DNA of 64,000 nt from Hyaloraphidium curvatum SAG 235-1. Its lineage: Eukaryota > Fungi > Monoblepharomycota. Position numbers and translations under genes: made by a program. Below the pieces are notes generated by a model that saw nothing but the letters and a program-made list of their open reading frames with translations, had not been told where the DNA came from and ran no database searches. The stretch is from NCBI GenBank assembly GCA_025558095.1, contig JAIVFI010000022.1, forward strand, positions 642,475-706,474, read 5' to 3'. This document shows, piece after piece, positions 1 through 11,701 of the stretch. Numbering within the stretch: the first letter of the stretch is position 1; every line of letters starts with the position of its first letter.

Positions 1-843
1 GAAGCTTCCGTAGATGCCGCTTGCCGACGAAGTGTTGATGATCCGGCCGTACTTCTGCTTTTGCATCACCTGCCAGGCCGCGCGGGCGACCTTGAACGCG
101 CCGTCGAGGTGAACCTTCTGAATCAGCTGTGGGCCGAAAGAGGGACAGGTTCGGACTCGTGATCGTCGAACAGCGCCAGTCAGGAACCCACGTCCCAGTC
201 CTCGTCGGACACTGGAAACGGTACACATTGAGCGGGCACGAGGAAGGCAGCGACAGGGAAACTCACTCCTCTGGAACGATTTGTCGCGGAGGATGCCGGC
301 GTTCTGGGAGACGGTTCGACGGGTGAGGCCAAATCGACGCGAGCATCCTCCGACGGTCCCACATTGATCACCACATCCACCCTGCCGAAAGCTTTGACCG
401 CGGTGTCGATGATCCTATGGGGAACAACAGCCTCGTCAGGGCTGGCGTCGCGGTCTCCTTCGTGCCGGGATGTACCTCTCCCCGAACTCGACTGAGTCGT
501 AGTTGGCCACGGCCTTGCCACCGGCCTTGGTGATCTCGTCGACGACGGCATCAGCGGCGCGCTGGTCCTTGCCCTGGCCGAAGCCAGAGCCACCGAGGTC
601 GTTGACAACCACGGACGCTCCGCGCGAGGCGAAGAACAGGGCGTAGGCCTTCCCGAGACCGTTGCCCTGATGTTGGAAATAATGTGGGCGATGAAGGCAA
701 TGCCGTTCGCCGCAGATGGGCGCGTCGGAAGGGAGGTCGGGCGCGGAGCGGTGAGTCGGCTGCGGGACCGACGGGCTCGGGCGACGGGGACCCACGGCGC
801 CGGTCACGACGACGGTCTGTCCGTCCCAACGGAGCTGGCTCAT
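1..843 (-). CDS. FOX2: Peroxisomal multifunctional beta-oxidation enzyme (Fox2/MFE-2), N-terminal SDR part; multi-exon, runs off the window start
   Basis: Spliced translation [42 protein letters not shown]...[33 protein letters not shown]...[36 protein letters not shown]; ATG at 843. Confidence 0.9.
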
Positions 844-1032
844 CGTGAATGGAAGGAGGACGGTTCGAGGAGAAGTTCCGAAGCGTGAGGGCTGTTCGGT
901 CAAAGCGGGGGAGACGGCGGCAAATCGGCCCGACCGTCTTCCGCCCAACGACGGACGACGGAAGCCGACAAACTTTCCAGCCTTCCAATCATCTATTCGT
1001 TTAATCCGATTCATAAGCTGACAGAGATGACA

Positions 1033-2587
1033 TCACCACTTGAAGACCGCCCTGGCCGCGTCCCTGCCGGGAACATTCTTCGGCGCCATTCCGTCCCTCC
1101 CCATCCGCTCGAAGATATCGTAGAACGACTCCTCGGTGTCCTTGTATCCGTTCCATCCGAGCTGCTGGTTCTTGGTTGCCGAGTACACGAGCGAAAAGGG
1201 CGAGGCGAACATGGCGTCCACGAACCACATGCTCTCGACGCCTTGCTTCCAACCGTCCGGGGAAACGGAAGGGTCTTCCGCCATGACTTTCGCCCAGGAC
1301 TGCAAAAGTAAGTGAGGAAATGACGAGTCCGACTGGGAGCCGCGATTACCTCCTTCGCGATCTCCTCCGTCACGGCCTTGGCGGTGACGATCGTGTGGAC
1401 GTCGTTCTTCTGCGACAGATGCCTGCGCGGGAGCATGGTCAGCTCGGTCCGTCGGACGTGACTCGGCGAACTCACTTCTCCATCTCGCCTTCCAGGAGGA
1501 TCTTCTCCTTGGGCACGCCGAAGTAGGCCAGCATTTTCGGAAACAGGTACTTCCACCGAAAGAAGTCACCGTCCGAGTCGTTGAGGATCTGTCCCGCGCA
1601 CTTGGGCTCCAGCGCCGCCCACACGTTGTGCTTGGCCAGCAGGTCCGCCGAGCTGGCCTGCTGGATCGAGTTCCAATCGCCCGCGCTCCCGGGGAAGATT
1701 AGCGGGCCCTCGCGGTGCTTCATGATCAGGATGTAGGTCGCCAGCGAGGTCGCCTGCGTCATGGCAGTCTGCCTCGTGACGCCGAGGATGGCGAGGGGGA
1801 GGGTGCAGGTCCACGTGAAGCCGTGCTCGGCACCGAGCTTCTTGGCGACGGTGAGCTGCCTGTTGTAGAAGGGGCAGAGGGGCACGTTCGGGGGCTCGTC
1901 CGATTCTCGGATGGGCTGGATCATCGGCGGGTCTCTGATATGCCACTGAATGCCGGGGATAAGAACCACGCGAGCCACAACAGCGATCGCGAAGGCACCT
2001 TTGCGCCCAGCTGAAGCACCACGCGCTCGAACTTCTTGGAACACTTGACCACGGCCCGCATGGTGCTGTCAAAGATCTTCTCGTTGGCGTCCGTCTCCTC
2101 CTTCGAGCCCCATCCCTGCGGCGGATACACGCTGGCACTCTGTCAGCATCAAAACGCGGTAGGCTCGCGCCGGCTACCCACTAGGCACCCCAGAGAACAT
2201 GGGTAATCTCGGCCCCTCCCGCAGCGGTGAACTTCTCGGCCAGCGCGTCCGGCGACTCGTTCAGCAGGTCGGCTTCAACCCAGACAAGTCGCTTGCCCAG
2301 GGCGCCGGCGGGCAAGTCGTACTTCACCCAGTCAGGGTTGGGAGCGCGGCGCGAGGTCGCGATGACCTTGGTAAAGTGCTTCTCTCCCTCGGGTGAGAGG
2401 AGGTACTCGACGAGATAGGATCCGCTGCGCCGATAGGTACGTTTTGAGTATCCAATTACAGGCGGTTCGCGTCAAGACGCGTGGAAAGAGCAGTGGGAGA
2501 CGTTCAGCGTCGGTGGCGAAGAAGCCGGACACCGAAGCCGGCCCACGTTATTCCATTTCCTCCCGTAATGAGGACGGCGCCGGGCAT
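1033..2587 (-). CDS. PRISE/SirQ-like atypical short-chain dehydrogenase (NAD(P)-dependent epimerase family), multi-exon
   Basis: MPGAVLITGGNGIT start followed by a GT intron; LQLGAK-Y, PFYNRQ, LIFPGS, GQILNDSDGDFFRWKYLFP, LGWNGYKDTEESF motifs. Confidence 0.75.
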
Positions 2588-2715
2588 CGTTCCGAGTCGT
2601 CTGACGCGCTTTTTGGTCGAATCGTTGGAGACGGCGCAGCGGGTGCAACCAAGCGGCGTGCGAGCTGAATTGAAAGGGCTTGCTCCTGCGGCCCCTTGCT
2701 CCGAACTTTCGCAGC

Positions 2716-4386
2716 ATGGAGCTCAGTCGCCGGCACACGGCGCCGTCGGGGCGCACGTCGACGGCGTCTTGCGATGCGCCGCAGCCGCTGTTCACGCCCG
2801 CCGAGTTCGTCGCCCTGTTCCCGCAGCCGCTCCCCGCGCCGGAGCCGCTGTCTTCGGCCGCCATCGCTTTTGAAGACCCCGCACGGGACGCCCGCGGTCC
2901 CGCCCTTTCCCCTAGGGAACTCTTGGCCGAACTGGAACCGTTCCCTGCTGTGCGGCGCTACGCCGCCGCCCAGCTCTGGTGTATGGTTGTGATGCCCCTC
3001 CAGCAGTTGCGCTACGTTTCCATGACGCTTGTGTTCTCGGCCTGCTTTGCGCTGGCTTGGCCATTTGGAGCGGGAATCTTCACCACCAGGAGCATCGTCA
3101 CCGGGTTCATCCTCCAGCTTTTCTTTAATGCTGTCCGGACGGTCAAGTACAGCACCTGGCAGAAGTCTAGGGGGGTGCTGTCTTTCCCTAGTCGGTCGGA
3201 CAAATGGTCCTCGGTCGTGCGAATCTTCCAAACGGAAATGTCTGTTCGACAGCACGCTGGACTCGTGGCTTGGATGCGGTTGTTCGACTGGTCGACCGAA
3301 CTCGAGAAGGGCATTCCCGCCGCGAAGGTGCCTTCCGCTCTGACAGCGCACCGGGATCAGGACCCCCTGTGTCCGTGCCCAAAAGCGTCGTGCGGGGGTT
3401 CCGCGCCAGAGGACTTGGCCGTCGCAAGCGGCACGATTCTTGTGTGGAGGACTACCCACAGCTTTCTGTCCCAGATTGCCATCATTTGGACATCTCTGGT
3501 GACACTGGGAGCTTCATCATGGACTCAACCATGGTCTGCTGTAATTCTGGGTCTCGGAAGTACGTGATCAGCGTCGCTTCACTTCTGCTGCCTGACGTGG
3601 ACCGTCTGTACACCCTTGCAGTGTTGTCTGCGGTGTTAATCACGGCCGAGGTCATCGTGGTCGGCCCAAACAGCCCGTCGCCGTTGAAGCTCACAACTCG
3701 TGTACGGCATCGGGCTGTCGTTTTGGCGCTGGGACAGCTGGTAGACAAGTGCGGTGTCGATCTCGCTGCTGGCACGTGCGCCGAGCACTCGACGAGCATG
3801 CCTTCGAGCATGCCATACGCAGAGCTCCTGGCCCTCCTCGACGCGTCTTGGAGGAAGAACTTCTCGGCGAACTGGGTGCCAAACATTATGGTCGTGTTCA
3901 TTATTGCAGGGATCGCATGCGCCGCCCTCAGCGCGGTGGGTCAACGGCTTGTTCCCATCTATGCTCAACAGTTTGCTAATTCTCCCCCCGGTTTCCAAGT
4001 TCGTCGCGCGGTGCATTCCGGCCTGGACGCTTCTTTATACGCTCTACTACCTCATTGCCCTGGGGCGGGACCTCTGGAACGCTGCCGTCTTCAACGCCGA
4101 AATCGAGACGATCTCCGAGCTTGTCGCCCGTGCCCAGCGCGAGCTCCGGGAGCTTCTCGCCCTGCGCCCATCGTCCCCTGCCGCGGCTTCGGTACGCGCA
4201 CATGATGCCGTGCTGGACTCGCACCTCCGCGCTGGGAACGGGAGGGCGAAGGTGCTCGGGTTCACCGTGAGCTTCGGGGCCATTCGGACGCTCTACATCA
4301 CCCTGGCGACGGTGGCCTTCGGCGTGTGGGGCGTCCTGCGAGGCTTCGGGGTAGAGGTCACGATGGACAGCGTGTGCCCAGGTTGA
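2716..4386 (+). CDS. Polytopic membrane protein, lineage-expanded family (paralogue of 9645-11423); possible 7TM ion channel/GRL-like
   Basis: Several hydrophobic segments; introns about 3560-3620 and 3937-3999 join three ORFs; CPCPKASC, CIPAW and C-terminal AKVLGFTVSFG...CPG motifs shared with the paralogue. Confidence 0.65.
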
Positions 4387-4720
4387 AGACGATCGACACG
4401 TGCTGCGATTACGACTCGAGCCGGGAGGACGAAGCTTGCCAGGCAATCGGCAAGATGAAGGCTTTGGAGGAGCTCGGGATCAGGGGCTGGTCGGCCACGC
4501 TCAAGGCGTCGTACCTGCACCTCGTCCCCGCCAGCCTCCGCAAGCTCTCCATCCGGGGCGCGGCGTTCGAGATCGTCCCGGCCGAGTTCGCCACCGCGAG
4601 GGAGATGCTGGCGAACGTGCCCACCGTGCAGGTGCTCAAGAGGGATCCGGATCGGATCAGGAGACCGGGTTCTGGAGGAGCGTGGCGGGGGTGGATTTCA
4701 GGGACCTGAGCGAAGCCTGA
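4383..4720 (+). pseudogene. C-terminal fragment of the F-box/LRR-like family, frameshifted
   Basis: IDTCCDYDSSREDEACQAIGKMKALEELGI...LRKLSIRG...ETGFWRSVAGVDFR aligns by eye to LQTCCPRDAEREEEAWKLVAGMGHLGELEV...IRRLSLRG...EAFWGGVRGVDYR at 7740-8067; no N-terminus. Confidence 0.7.
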
Positions 4721-4851
4721 CGCGATGCAACGGGTGGCCTAGACAAAGATCAAATGTGGATTGCGGGTCCGGGGTATAAGAGAGCATCGTCCGACCGAAC
4801 GATCTTCGATCAGCCAAGTGAGGGATCCTGGCAGGGGACCAGTTCGGCACC

Positions 4852-6648
4852 ATGCGCCTGAGCCGCTTGTTTGCCTTCGGACAGCGGAATCGGGCTCAGA
4901 AGACTGCCTGGAGCGCGCTCGACCCCGGCAGAACCGCCAATGGCGACGGACCCGGCCCGGCCGCCCGGGGCCGGCGGGACTTGGCCCCCGACATCCTCGC
5001 CGCCCTGGCACTGCTGTCCGTGTGCCTGGCACTTCACTGGGCCGCCATCACGCTGCTCTGCCACAGCGCGTACTCATCGGGCACGAGGGCCGCCCGGAAC
5101 GTGGTTGTTTCCGCCGGGCTCGCCGTGGCCTTCGCGCCGGTCCGCGCCGACGCGATGCCGCCCGCCCTGCGGCTGCTGCTGGGCATCGTCGGGACCGGGC
5201 TGTGGGTTCACGTGCTTTTTGACGCGTTTGGGGCCGTGCCTCCGGGGCCCAACCTTGTGTTCGACGGGCCACTCCCCAAGCAAGTATTCCGGTACGGAGC
5301 TGCCGTTGCCGTGGCGTCCGGGGCCGTGGCATGGAGGCGGCCGTCCTTCTGGCTCCCCGTGGCCGTGTATTACTTCAACTTCCGGGTCAGGCTCAACATC
5401 GAGACCGGGACCTTCATTTCGGATATCGACTTCCGCGGCGCCCAGGACGCGGTCGTCTTTGGTTCCATCGCGGCGCCTGTGATCATCGTGCTCACCTCGG
5501 AGCGCGTATGTCGATGGGTGGGCAGCGTGTTGGCCGCCAAACACGTGTCTGTTTCCTCGGACGGAGAGCGGGTCCGCACCCTCGCGCTGGAGCTCGTCTG
5601 GGCCGTCATGGTCGGAGCCCACCTCGGCAACTACTACCGCTCGGGGATCGGCAAGCTCCTTATCGGATGGTCATGGGACCGCTTCTTGTGGCTCAAGAAG
5701 AACACGACGCACTTCAGCGTCCTTGTCGGCCTGGAGCGGCAAAGCAACCCGCTGCTCGTCGTCCCGCCGCTCGCGGGCCTGGCCTACCATGCCATCCGGA
5801 TCCTTGCCCCCTTTCTCAACTTTTCCGTGCTCGCGGGGCAGCTCGCCGGGTGCATCGCGTTCCTGGACATGAGGCTGCTGCGCGCCCTCGCCATCTTCTA
5901 CGACCTTTTCCACCTCGTCATCTGGTTCACCCTCGGCGCCCTGTTCCACCTCTGGATCGTCGTCAACGTCGCCGTCTTCATCTCCTCGCGCCGCATCGCC
6001 CCCACCTGGCCCTCGAAGCTCGTCGGCACCCTGGCCTGCACCGTCAACACTCCCTTCTTCACGCAGCAGAAGCTCGCCTGGCTCGACGGGCCGCAGACCG
6101 TCACCCCCACTTTCCGCGCCGTCACCGCCTCCGGCGAATCCCACCTCGTCCCCCCCGCCTTCTTCGGCATGCACTCGTACCGCGTCGCCCACGGCGGAAT
6201 GTACGTCCCCGCGGGGCATTACCCGGCCAACTACGGCGGGGCCTTCTGGGACCCTGCGGACTGGTACAGGGCCCTGGCGTGCGCGAACTCCACCCGCGGG
6301 GAGCAGCGCAACGGGCACTCGATGGGCCTGGTGGTGCGGCTGCTGCAGCTCGCGCACGGGTTCGCGGAGCGGCACCCGGCGGCCAAGCGGTGGAATCTCT
6401 ACTTTGCCTACCCGCACCACATGCCACCCGTGCCGCTGCTGCACCGCGGTTTCGGTGGGCTGCGGATGGACGAGGTGGTGAGGTACGAGTACGTGGTGGA
6501 GTCGGCGTGCCTGGGGTTCGAGCGGGGGAGGCTGACGCGGAGAGTGGCGTCCAGGAACGTGGCGGAGATCGAGGTGGTGCGGAAGGAGGGGCGCTCGGAG
6601 CTGCGGCTGGTGAAGTCAGGGAATATGCAGAAACCGATCGGCGCTTAG
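4852..6648 (+). CDS. Intronless 598-aa polytopic membrane protein, possibly HTTM-like
   Basis: Long ORF with about 10 hydrophobic helices; AHLGNYYRSGIGKL...W resembles the Y-x-x-(S/A)-G-x-x-K HTTM-type motif. Confidence 0.65.
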   Translation: MRLSRLFAFGQRNRAQKTAWSALDPGRTANGDGPGPAARGRRDLAPDILAALALLSVCLALHWAAITLLCHSAYSSGTRAARNVVVSAGLAVAFAPVRADAMPPALRLLLGIVGTGLWVHVLFDAFGAVPPGPNLVFDGPLPKQVFRYGAAVAVASGAVAWRRPSFWLPVAVYYFNFRVRLNIETGTFISDIDFRGAQDAVVFGSIAAPVIIVLTSERVCRWVGSVLAAKHVSVSSDGERVRTLALELVWAVMVGAHLGNYYRSGIGKLLIGWSWDRFLWLKKNTTHFSVLVGLERQSNPLLVVPPLAGLAYHAIRILAPFLNFSVLAGQLAGCIAFLDMRLLRALAIFYDLFHLVIWFTLGALFHLWIVVNVAVFISSRRIAPTWPSKLVGTLACTVNTPFFTQQKLAWLDGPQTVTPTFRAVTASGESHLVPPAFFGMHSYRVAHGGMYVPAGHYPANYGGAFWDPADWYRALACANSTRGEQRNGHSMGLVVRLLQLAHGFAERHPAAKRWNLYFAYPHHMPPVPLLHRGFGGLRMDEVVRYEYVVESACLGFERGRLTRRVASRNVAEIEVVRKEGRSELRLVKSGNMQKPIGA

Positions 6649-6802
6649 AAATTCAGTCGATTGCATCGGAACGTTTTGGCTTGACCGAGTCGAGGACCGA
6701 GAATACTGAGGGGGCTTCCCTTGCCTAATGACGGGGCGCGCCTACCGAACCGCATTACTTCACACCTACGCACGTCACACCCAAGCCACGAAGCCCTCCG
6801 CT

Positions 6803-8067
6803 ATGCCGTACTCGCCGCTGCTCCTAGAAGAACGCTGCGCCGTTTCCACCGCGGAGGCCGCCGCGCGCCTCCGCGCCGACTCCCGCACGCGCGCCGCCGC
6901 GCCGCCAGTCCCGCCCGCGCTCGGCACGCTCCCCCCGGAGATCCTGACCAAGATCGCGCGCGCGCTGCTCTTCTCCCCCCGGAGATCCTGACCAAGATCG
7001 CGCGCGCGCTGCTCTTCTCGCGCCAGGCCGACTCGTGCAACTGCCACGACTGCGACGCCTTCGCGAAATCCCCCGAGTCGCTGCTCGAGCTTATGCTTTC
7101 GTCCAGGCTCCTCTACGCCGTCGGCCTGCCCCTCCTGCTGCGCAAGGTCACCTTCTCGAGCCACTGGATTCCTGAAGAAGGCGGCGAGGACGGCCGCACT
7201 CTGCGTGGCGCGATCTCGGGCTTCCTCGCCGACTCGCATGGCGCGTTGCGAAGTTCGCCCTCGTGTGCGACCTCTCCCTCGACGTCCCGTCTGGCAACGG
7301 CACCGAGGCCCTGCGCCTCCTCCGCGCGTGCCTGTCAGCCCTCCGGAAGCTCGCGCTGACGGGGGCCTGGAGCCCCGCGTCGGTGGTCGCCGCGCTGCGT
7401 CTGATCGCCGCCCCGTCGCTCACGGAGCTCACGATCGTGTTCGACATCGAGGCCCTGCCTGCGAGCGCCAGGCTCCCTGCGTCCGTCTCCAAGGTCATCA
7501 TCGGCGCCACGAACGAGTCGGTCGGCCCCGCCACAATCACCGCCCTCCTCGGCCTGCTCTCGCACCACGCCCCTCTCGTGATCTGGGACCTCTTCCTCCC
7601 CCGACACGCAAAGGACATCCACCGCGCGGCCCTCGACTCCACCCCTCCCTCGCTCCTCTCCCAGCTGGCCTCCGTTTCGCTGTCGACGGGCGACCTCCCC
7701 TGGCTCGCCCTGCTCCCGGACTTCGCACCCCGTGCGACCGCGTTGCAGACGTGCTGCCCGCGCGACGCCGAACGCGAGGAGGAGGCGTGGAAGCTGGTCG
7801 CGGGGATGGGCCACCTGGGGGAGCTGGAGGTCATGGGGATTGCGGCGGCGGTCCGCGGCGCGGCTGGGGATGGTGCCGGCCGGGATAAGGAGGCTGTCGC
7901 TCCGCGGGGTCGACGTGCGGATCGCGCCGGACGAGTACGTAGAGGTGCGGCGCGTGCTGGCGCGGATCGGGGAGGTGCGTGTGCTGGACCGCCACCGCTG
8001 CGGGTCCGGGCCGGGGGAGGCATTCTGGGGCGGCGTGAGGGGGGTGGACTATAGGTTGCGGTCGTGA
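6803..8067 (+). pseudogene. F-box/LRR-like protein gene disrupted by a 44-nt duplication and two further frameshifts
   Basis: LGTLPPEILTKIARAL F-box start; 6931-6974 duplicated at 6975-7018; coding frame switches near 7250 and 7860. Confidence 0.7.
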
Positions 8068-8248
8068 CTCGCCCGGGACTAGCCGAGAAGCCCCGAGATG
8101 AACTGCGTTCCCGACCGCAAAGAATTGGAGTAGAGAACAGGTTTCTATCATTAGTCTAGCCCTCCCGATTCGGCTGCCATCCGTCGAAGATTCGCCGGCA
8201 GCCCGTAACCGACATCCCTGACGGCAGGATCCCCCCCCCGGTCCATCA

Positions 8249-9368
8249 TCACCCCTCCAACGGCGGCGGCATCAGCACCTTGCTCGGATCGTCCGGCGCC
8301 CCCTTGCGCTCGTCCGCCAGCCGCATGTACAGCGGGTCGTACAGCACCGCCCTCCCCTTCTCCCCCGAGACGACGTACGAGTGGCCCGCCAGCCGCTCGT
8401 CGGTGATCAGCCGCTCGTAGGCGTCCATGAGCTCGGGCATGGGCGTCCAGCCTTCCCAAACGGCGCCGCGGTGAGCCCCCGGCCCGGCACGGCACGCGAG
8501 GCAGGACCGGCTCACCTCCGACGGCGGGGAAGATGTTCCTCCACAGCGGGCTCTCCTCCACGTCCTTCGGGGTGGCGTACCCGCTCTTGGTCCAGATGGC
8601 GGCCCAGGTCATGCCCGGCTGGATGCACCCGAACCGCGGGCGCTTGGGCCACGAACCCGCGGGCGCGTAGTCGACCTGCTTCTGTAGCTGCTTGGTGGCC
8701 ATGATCATGCCGACCTTGGAGAGGGAGTATCTGCAAAGTGGCAGACGGGGTCAGCCCAAGGTGGAGCGGTCGGGGCGCGCGGGGGGGGGGGGGGAGACCG
8801 ACGAGATGTCGGGGTGGAATGTCGGGCCGCTCTCGTTGTCCGGCAGCATCCCGACGATGCTCGCGGTCATGATGCAGACCCCCTCGATGGCTTTTTTCTT
8901 CCAATGAGACATGGCCAGCCGGGTCATCAGGATCGTGCCGACGAGGTGGCCCTCGAGCGAGGGCAGCCAGCGGTCCGTCTCCTCGTCCACCTCGAGCTGG
9001 AACGTGACGGGATCGATCGTCCAGCCGGCATTGTTGATCAAAATGTCGACCGTGCCCGTGGTGCTCTTTTCCACGGCCTCCTTGAACGCGGCCCGGACCG
9101 AGTCGTGGTCCACCATGTCGCACTTGACGAAGGCAAAGTGCTGCCCCGGGAACCGCGCCGACATGGTCTCCACCATCGCCTTGCCGTCGGCCTCGGTGCG
9201 GTTGGCGCTGATCACGTTGGCACCGCGGAGAGCGAGCCGTTCGGTGATGCTTTCGCCGACTGCCGCGGGGCAGTCCGTCAGCGTGCAGCAGGGCGCGGGC
9301 GGGCAGCAACACGCACTTCCCGACGCGCCGCCGGTCACGAGCGCGGTGCGGCCCTTGATCTCGTACAT
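8249..9368 (-). CDS. Short-chain dehydrogenase/reductase (15-hydroxyprostaglandin dehydrogenase-like), multi-exon
   Basis: MYEIKGRTALVTGGASG/VGES, KCDM, DILINNAG, MTASIVG, YSLSK catalytic YxxxK after an intron, IQPG. Confidence 0.85.
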
Positions 9369-9644
9369 GGTGGAGAGAGAGAGGAGAGGAACGAGGAGAG
9401 GAGGAGAGAGAAGCCGCGGGGGAGACAGTCGTGGCGGGGACGGCGCCGAAGTCCCTTGATTACATTGGCGTCGCCGCGCCGACTCGCGTTCGCGGCAATA
9501 AAATCACGCGTTTCCCGTGGCACGAAATCCTCCAGGCTCTGCTTGGGCCCGGGAGCGGTGTCGGGCCAACCACGGACCGGGGCGGAACGAGCGAGCGCGC
9601 CGGGGTTCCCGGTGGTTTCCGACGTTTCGAAGCACGCAGGCCCG

Positions 9645-11423
9645 ATGGAGGAGCTGCCGGCCGCCACAGCGCCGCGGGCCGACCGGGTGTCGTTCTCGCG
9701 CCTGCTGCCGACCGCGGCCTCGCGTCTGGACCGCTTCGTGCGGCGCCGGAAGCTGCGCCCGCACCCCCGCGGGCGCCTCGGCCGACACTGACCCGCGCCA
9801 CGTGTCGCTGGCAGACCCAGGGCGGCACAGAGATGCCCCGCTGGCGCTGCCCGCTGCCAAGGACCGCCCGCTGCTCGACCGCATGGTGCCGGATCTGTCG
9901 GCCGCTGAGGCCGCCGACGTGTTTGAACGAGGCGGGCTGCCCGTCCTGGCCTCTCTCGTCCGCATGCGGCTCGCTCTGGCCGCGGCCGAGCAGCGCGGCG
10001 CCCTCTTTGTGGTCGGCCACGCCGCCGCCGCGGCCACCTGCGTGGCGCTGCTCGCCGCCGTCGGCCTCGGCATGCCGCAGGGCGCCCCCGCCGCCCCGTT
10101 CGCGATCGCCTGCGCCGGCATCCTGCTCGGCTTCTCCGCCACGTACCTGACCCTTACCCTGCCGATACACCGCACCATCGTCCCGCCGGGCTTCGCCTCG
10201 CCTGCGGATCCGGACCTCGTCGCGGCGCAGCTCGGGACGCTGGCGTGGTACTGGATCCGCACAGGGAGGGTGATGCCCGAGGGCGCCGCTGCGGGCGCGT
10301 TCCTGGAGCACCGGAATCCGCCGGACGATTGGTCGCCCCTCGAGGGTTACTACACCCGCGACGGGAAGGACGCGGACGGAAAGGACGCGGAACGAGCCGG
10401 GGGCACGCAGAGAGAGGGGTTCCGGCAGTCGCCGTCCTGCCCGTGCCCCGAATGCCTGGGGTTCTTTTCGGCCGGCGGACTGCCCGTGCTGGCGTTCTTC
10501 GTCTCGGTACATTACCTTTTAGCGCCGATCCTCTCGGTACTCGGGGCCGTCTTCTGCTTCTGGGACATCCTGGGATCGGGCCGCGCGAGCCCGCTCTGGA
10601 CGCAGCCCTGGGTAACGGCCTGCTTCGCCCTGCACGTCCTCGGCCTGCTCGTCACGTGCACTGTGGCGCCCGCGGGCGGACTCGCGAGCCCCATGCAGGC
10701 CGTGGCCAGCCGCGTCGTTGGCGCCGCGCATCTGCGCGCGGCGCAGGCCTCGTGCGACGAGTTCGTCACTGTCTGCGCCGATCTCGTGCGCGCGGCCCTC
10801 GCACCCCCCTCCTCGCCGCCCCCTCCTCCCCCCAGCCGCCCGGAAGGGCCGTCCCCGACGCCCGCCTTTCCCCTCCCGGAACTCTACGCCCGCGTCGCCT
10901 CGGACGTCCAAAGCATCGCCGAGGACGCCGTGCACTCGATCGCGACGGTCGTCCACCGCCCCCTCGCCGGGTGCGGCCTCGCCGCCGCCGGCGCGCTGCT
11001 GTGCTCGCTGCCCCCGGGGGCTCGTGCTTCCCCGCGTGGGGCCTCGTGCTCCCGCTGTTCTGCCTGCACATCGCGGGCGCGTTCCTGCTGCTCTACGCGG
11101 GGACCAACGCCCGGATCGGCGCCGCGTGCGGGGTGTACCGCTCCTCCGGCGCCGCACTGGACTCGCTGCTCCGCGACCTCGCGCGGTACCCCCCCTCCGC
11201 CGACCGCGACCCCCTTGCTTCGCCGCTGGGCAGCTTCCTCCGCACGCACCGCGACTCGATGCTCCGCGCCGCCGCGGACCCGCCGCGCGCGCGCTTCCTC
11301 GGGTTCGTCGTGTCGTACGGGTCGCTGGCAAACCTCGCCGTGGCGGCCGTGACGGTCTGCGCGACGCTGTTCCGGGCGTTCGGGCTGAGGCTGGAGCTGG
11401 GTACCTACTGCCCAGGGGGTTAG
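9645..11423 (+). CDS. Polytopic membrane protein (paralogue of 2716-4386) with an apparent frameshift near 11010-11020
   Basis: CPCPEC, WTQPW, CFPAW and ARFLGFVVSYG...CPGG motifs; frame change falls in a C5G5 run (real lesion or sequencing error). Confidence 0.6.
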
Positions 11424-11701
11424 GTGGGGGACCTCGCGGGAGGGTACCGGACGACCTGCTGCGAACCAAGGCAGCCCTTTCTGCATCGATGCATACTGTA
11501 TTGAGCCAGACTACGTCCAATACGCCTTGGATTTAAATGCGACTTATTCCACGGCTCTGGAACTGCGAGAGGGGCGCCCAGTGATCGCCAAGAGGCCACG
11601 GGTACGGGGCGGTAGCCACCGCCACGTCACGCCGTCGGCCCCGATCGGCCCGCAAACACCGCAAGCAAACTCCCCACCGCATGCGCCCGCAAGCGGACGA
11701 A

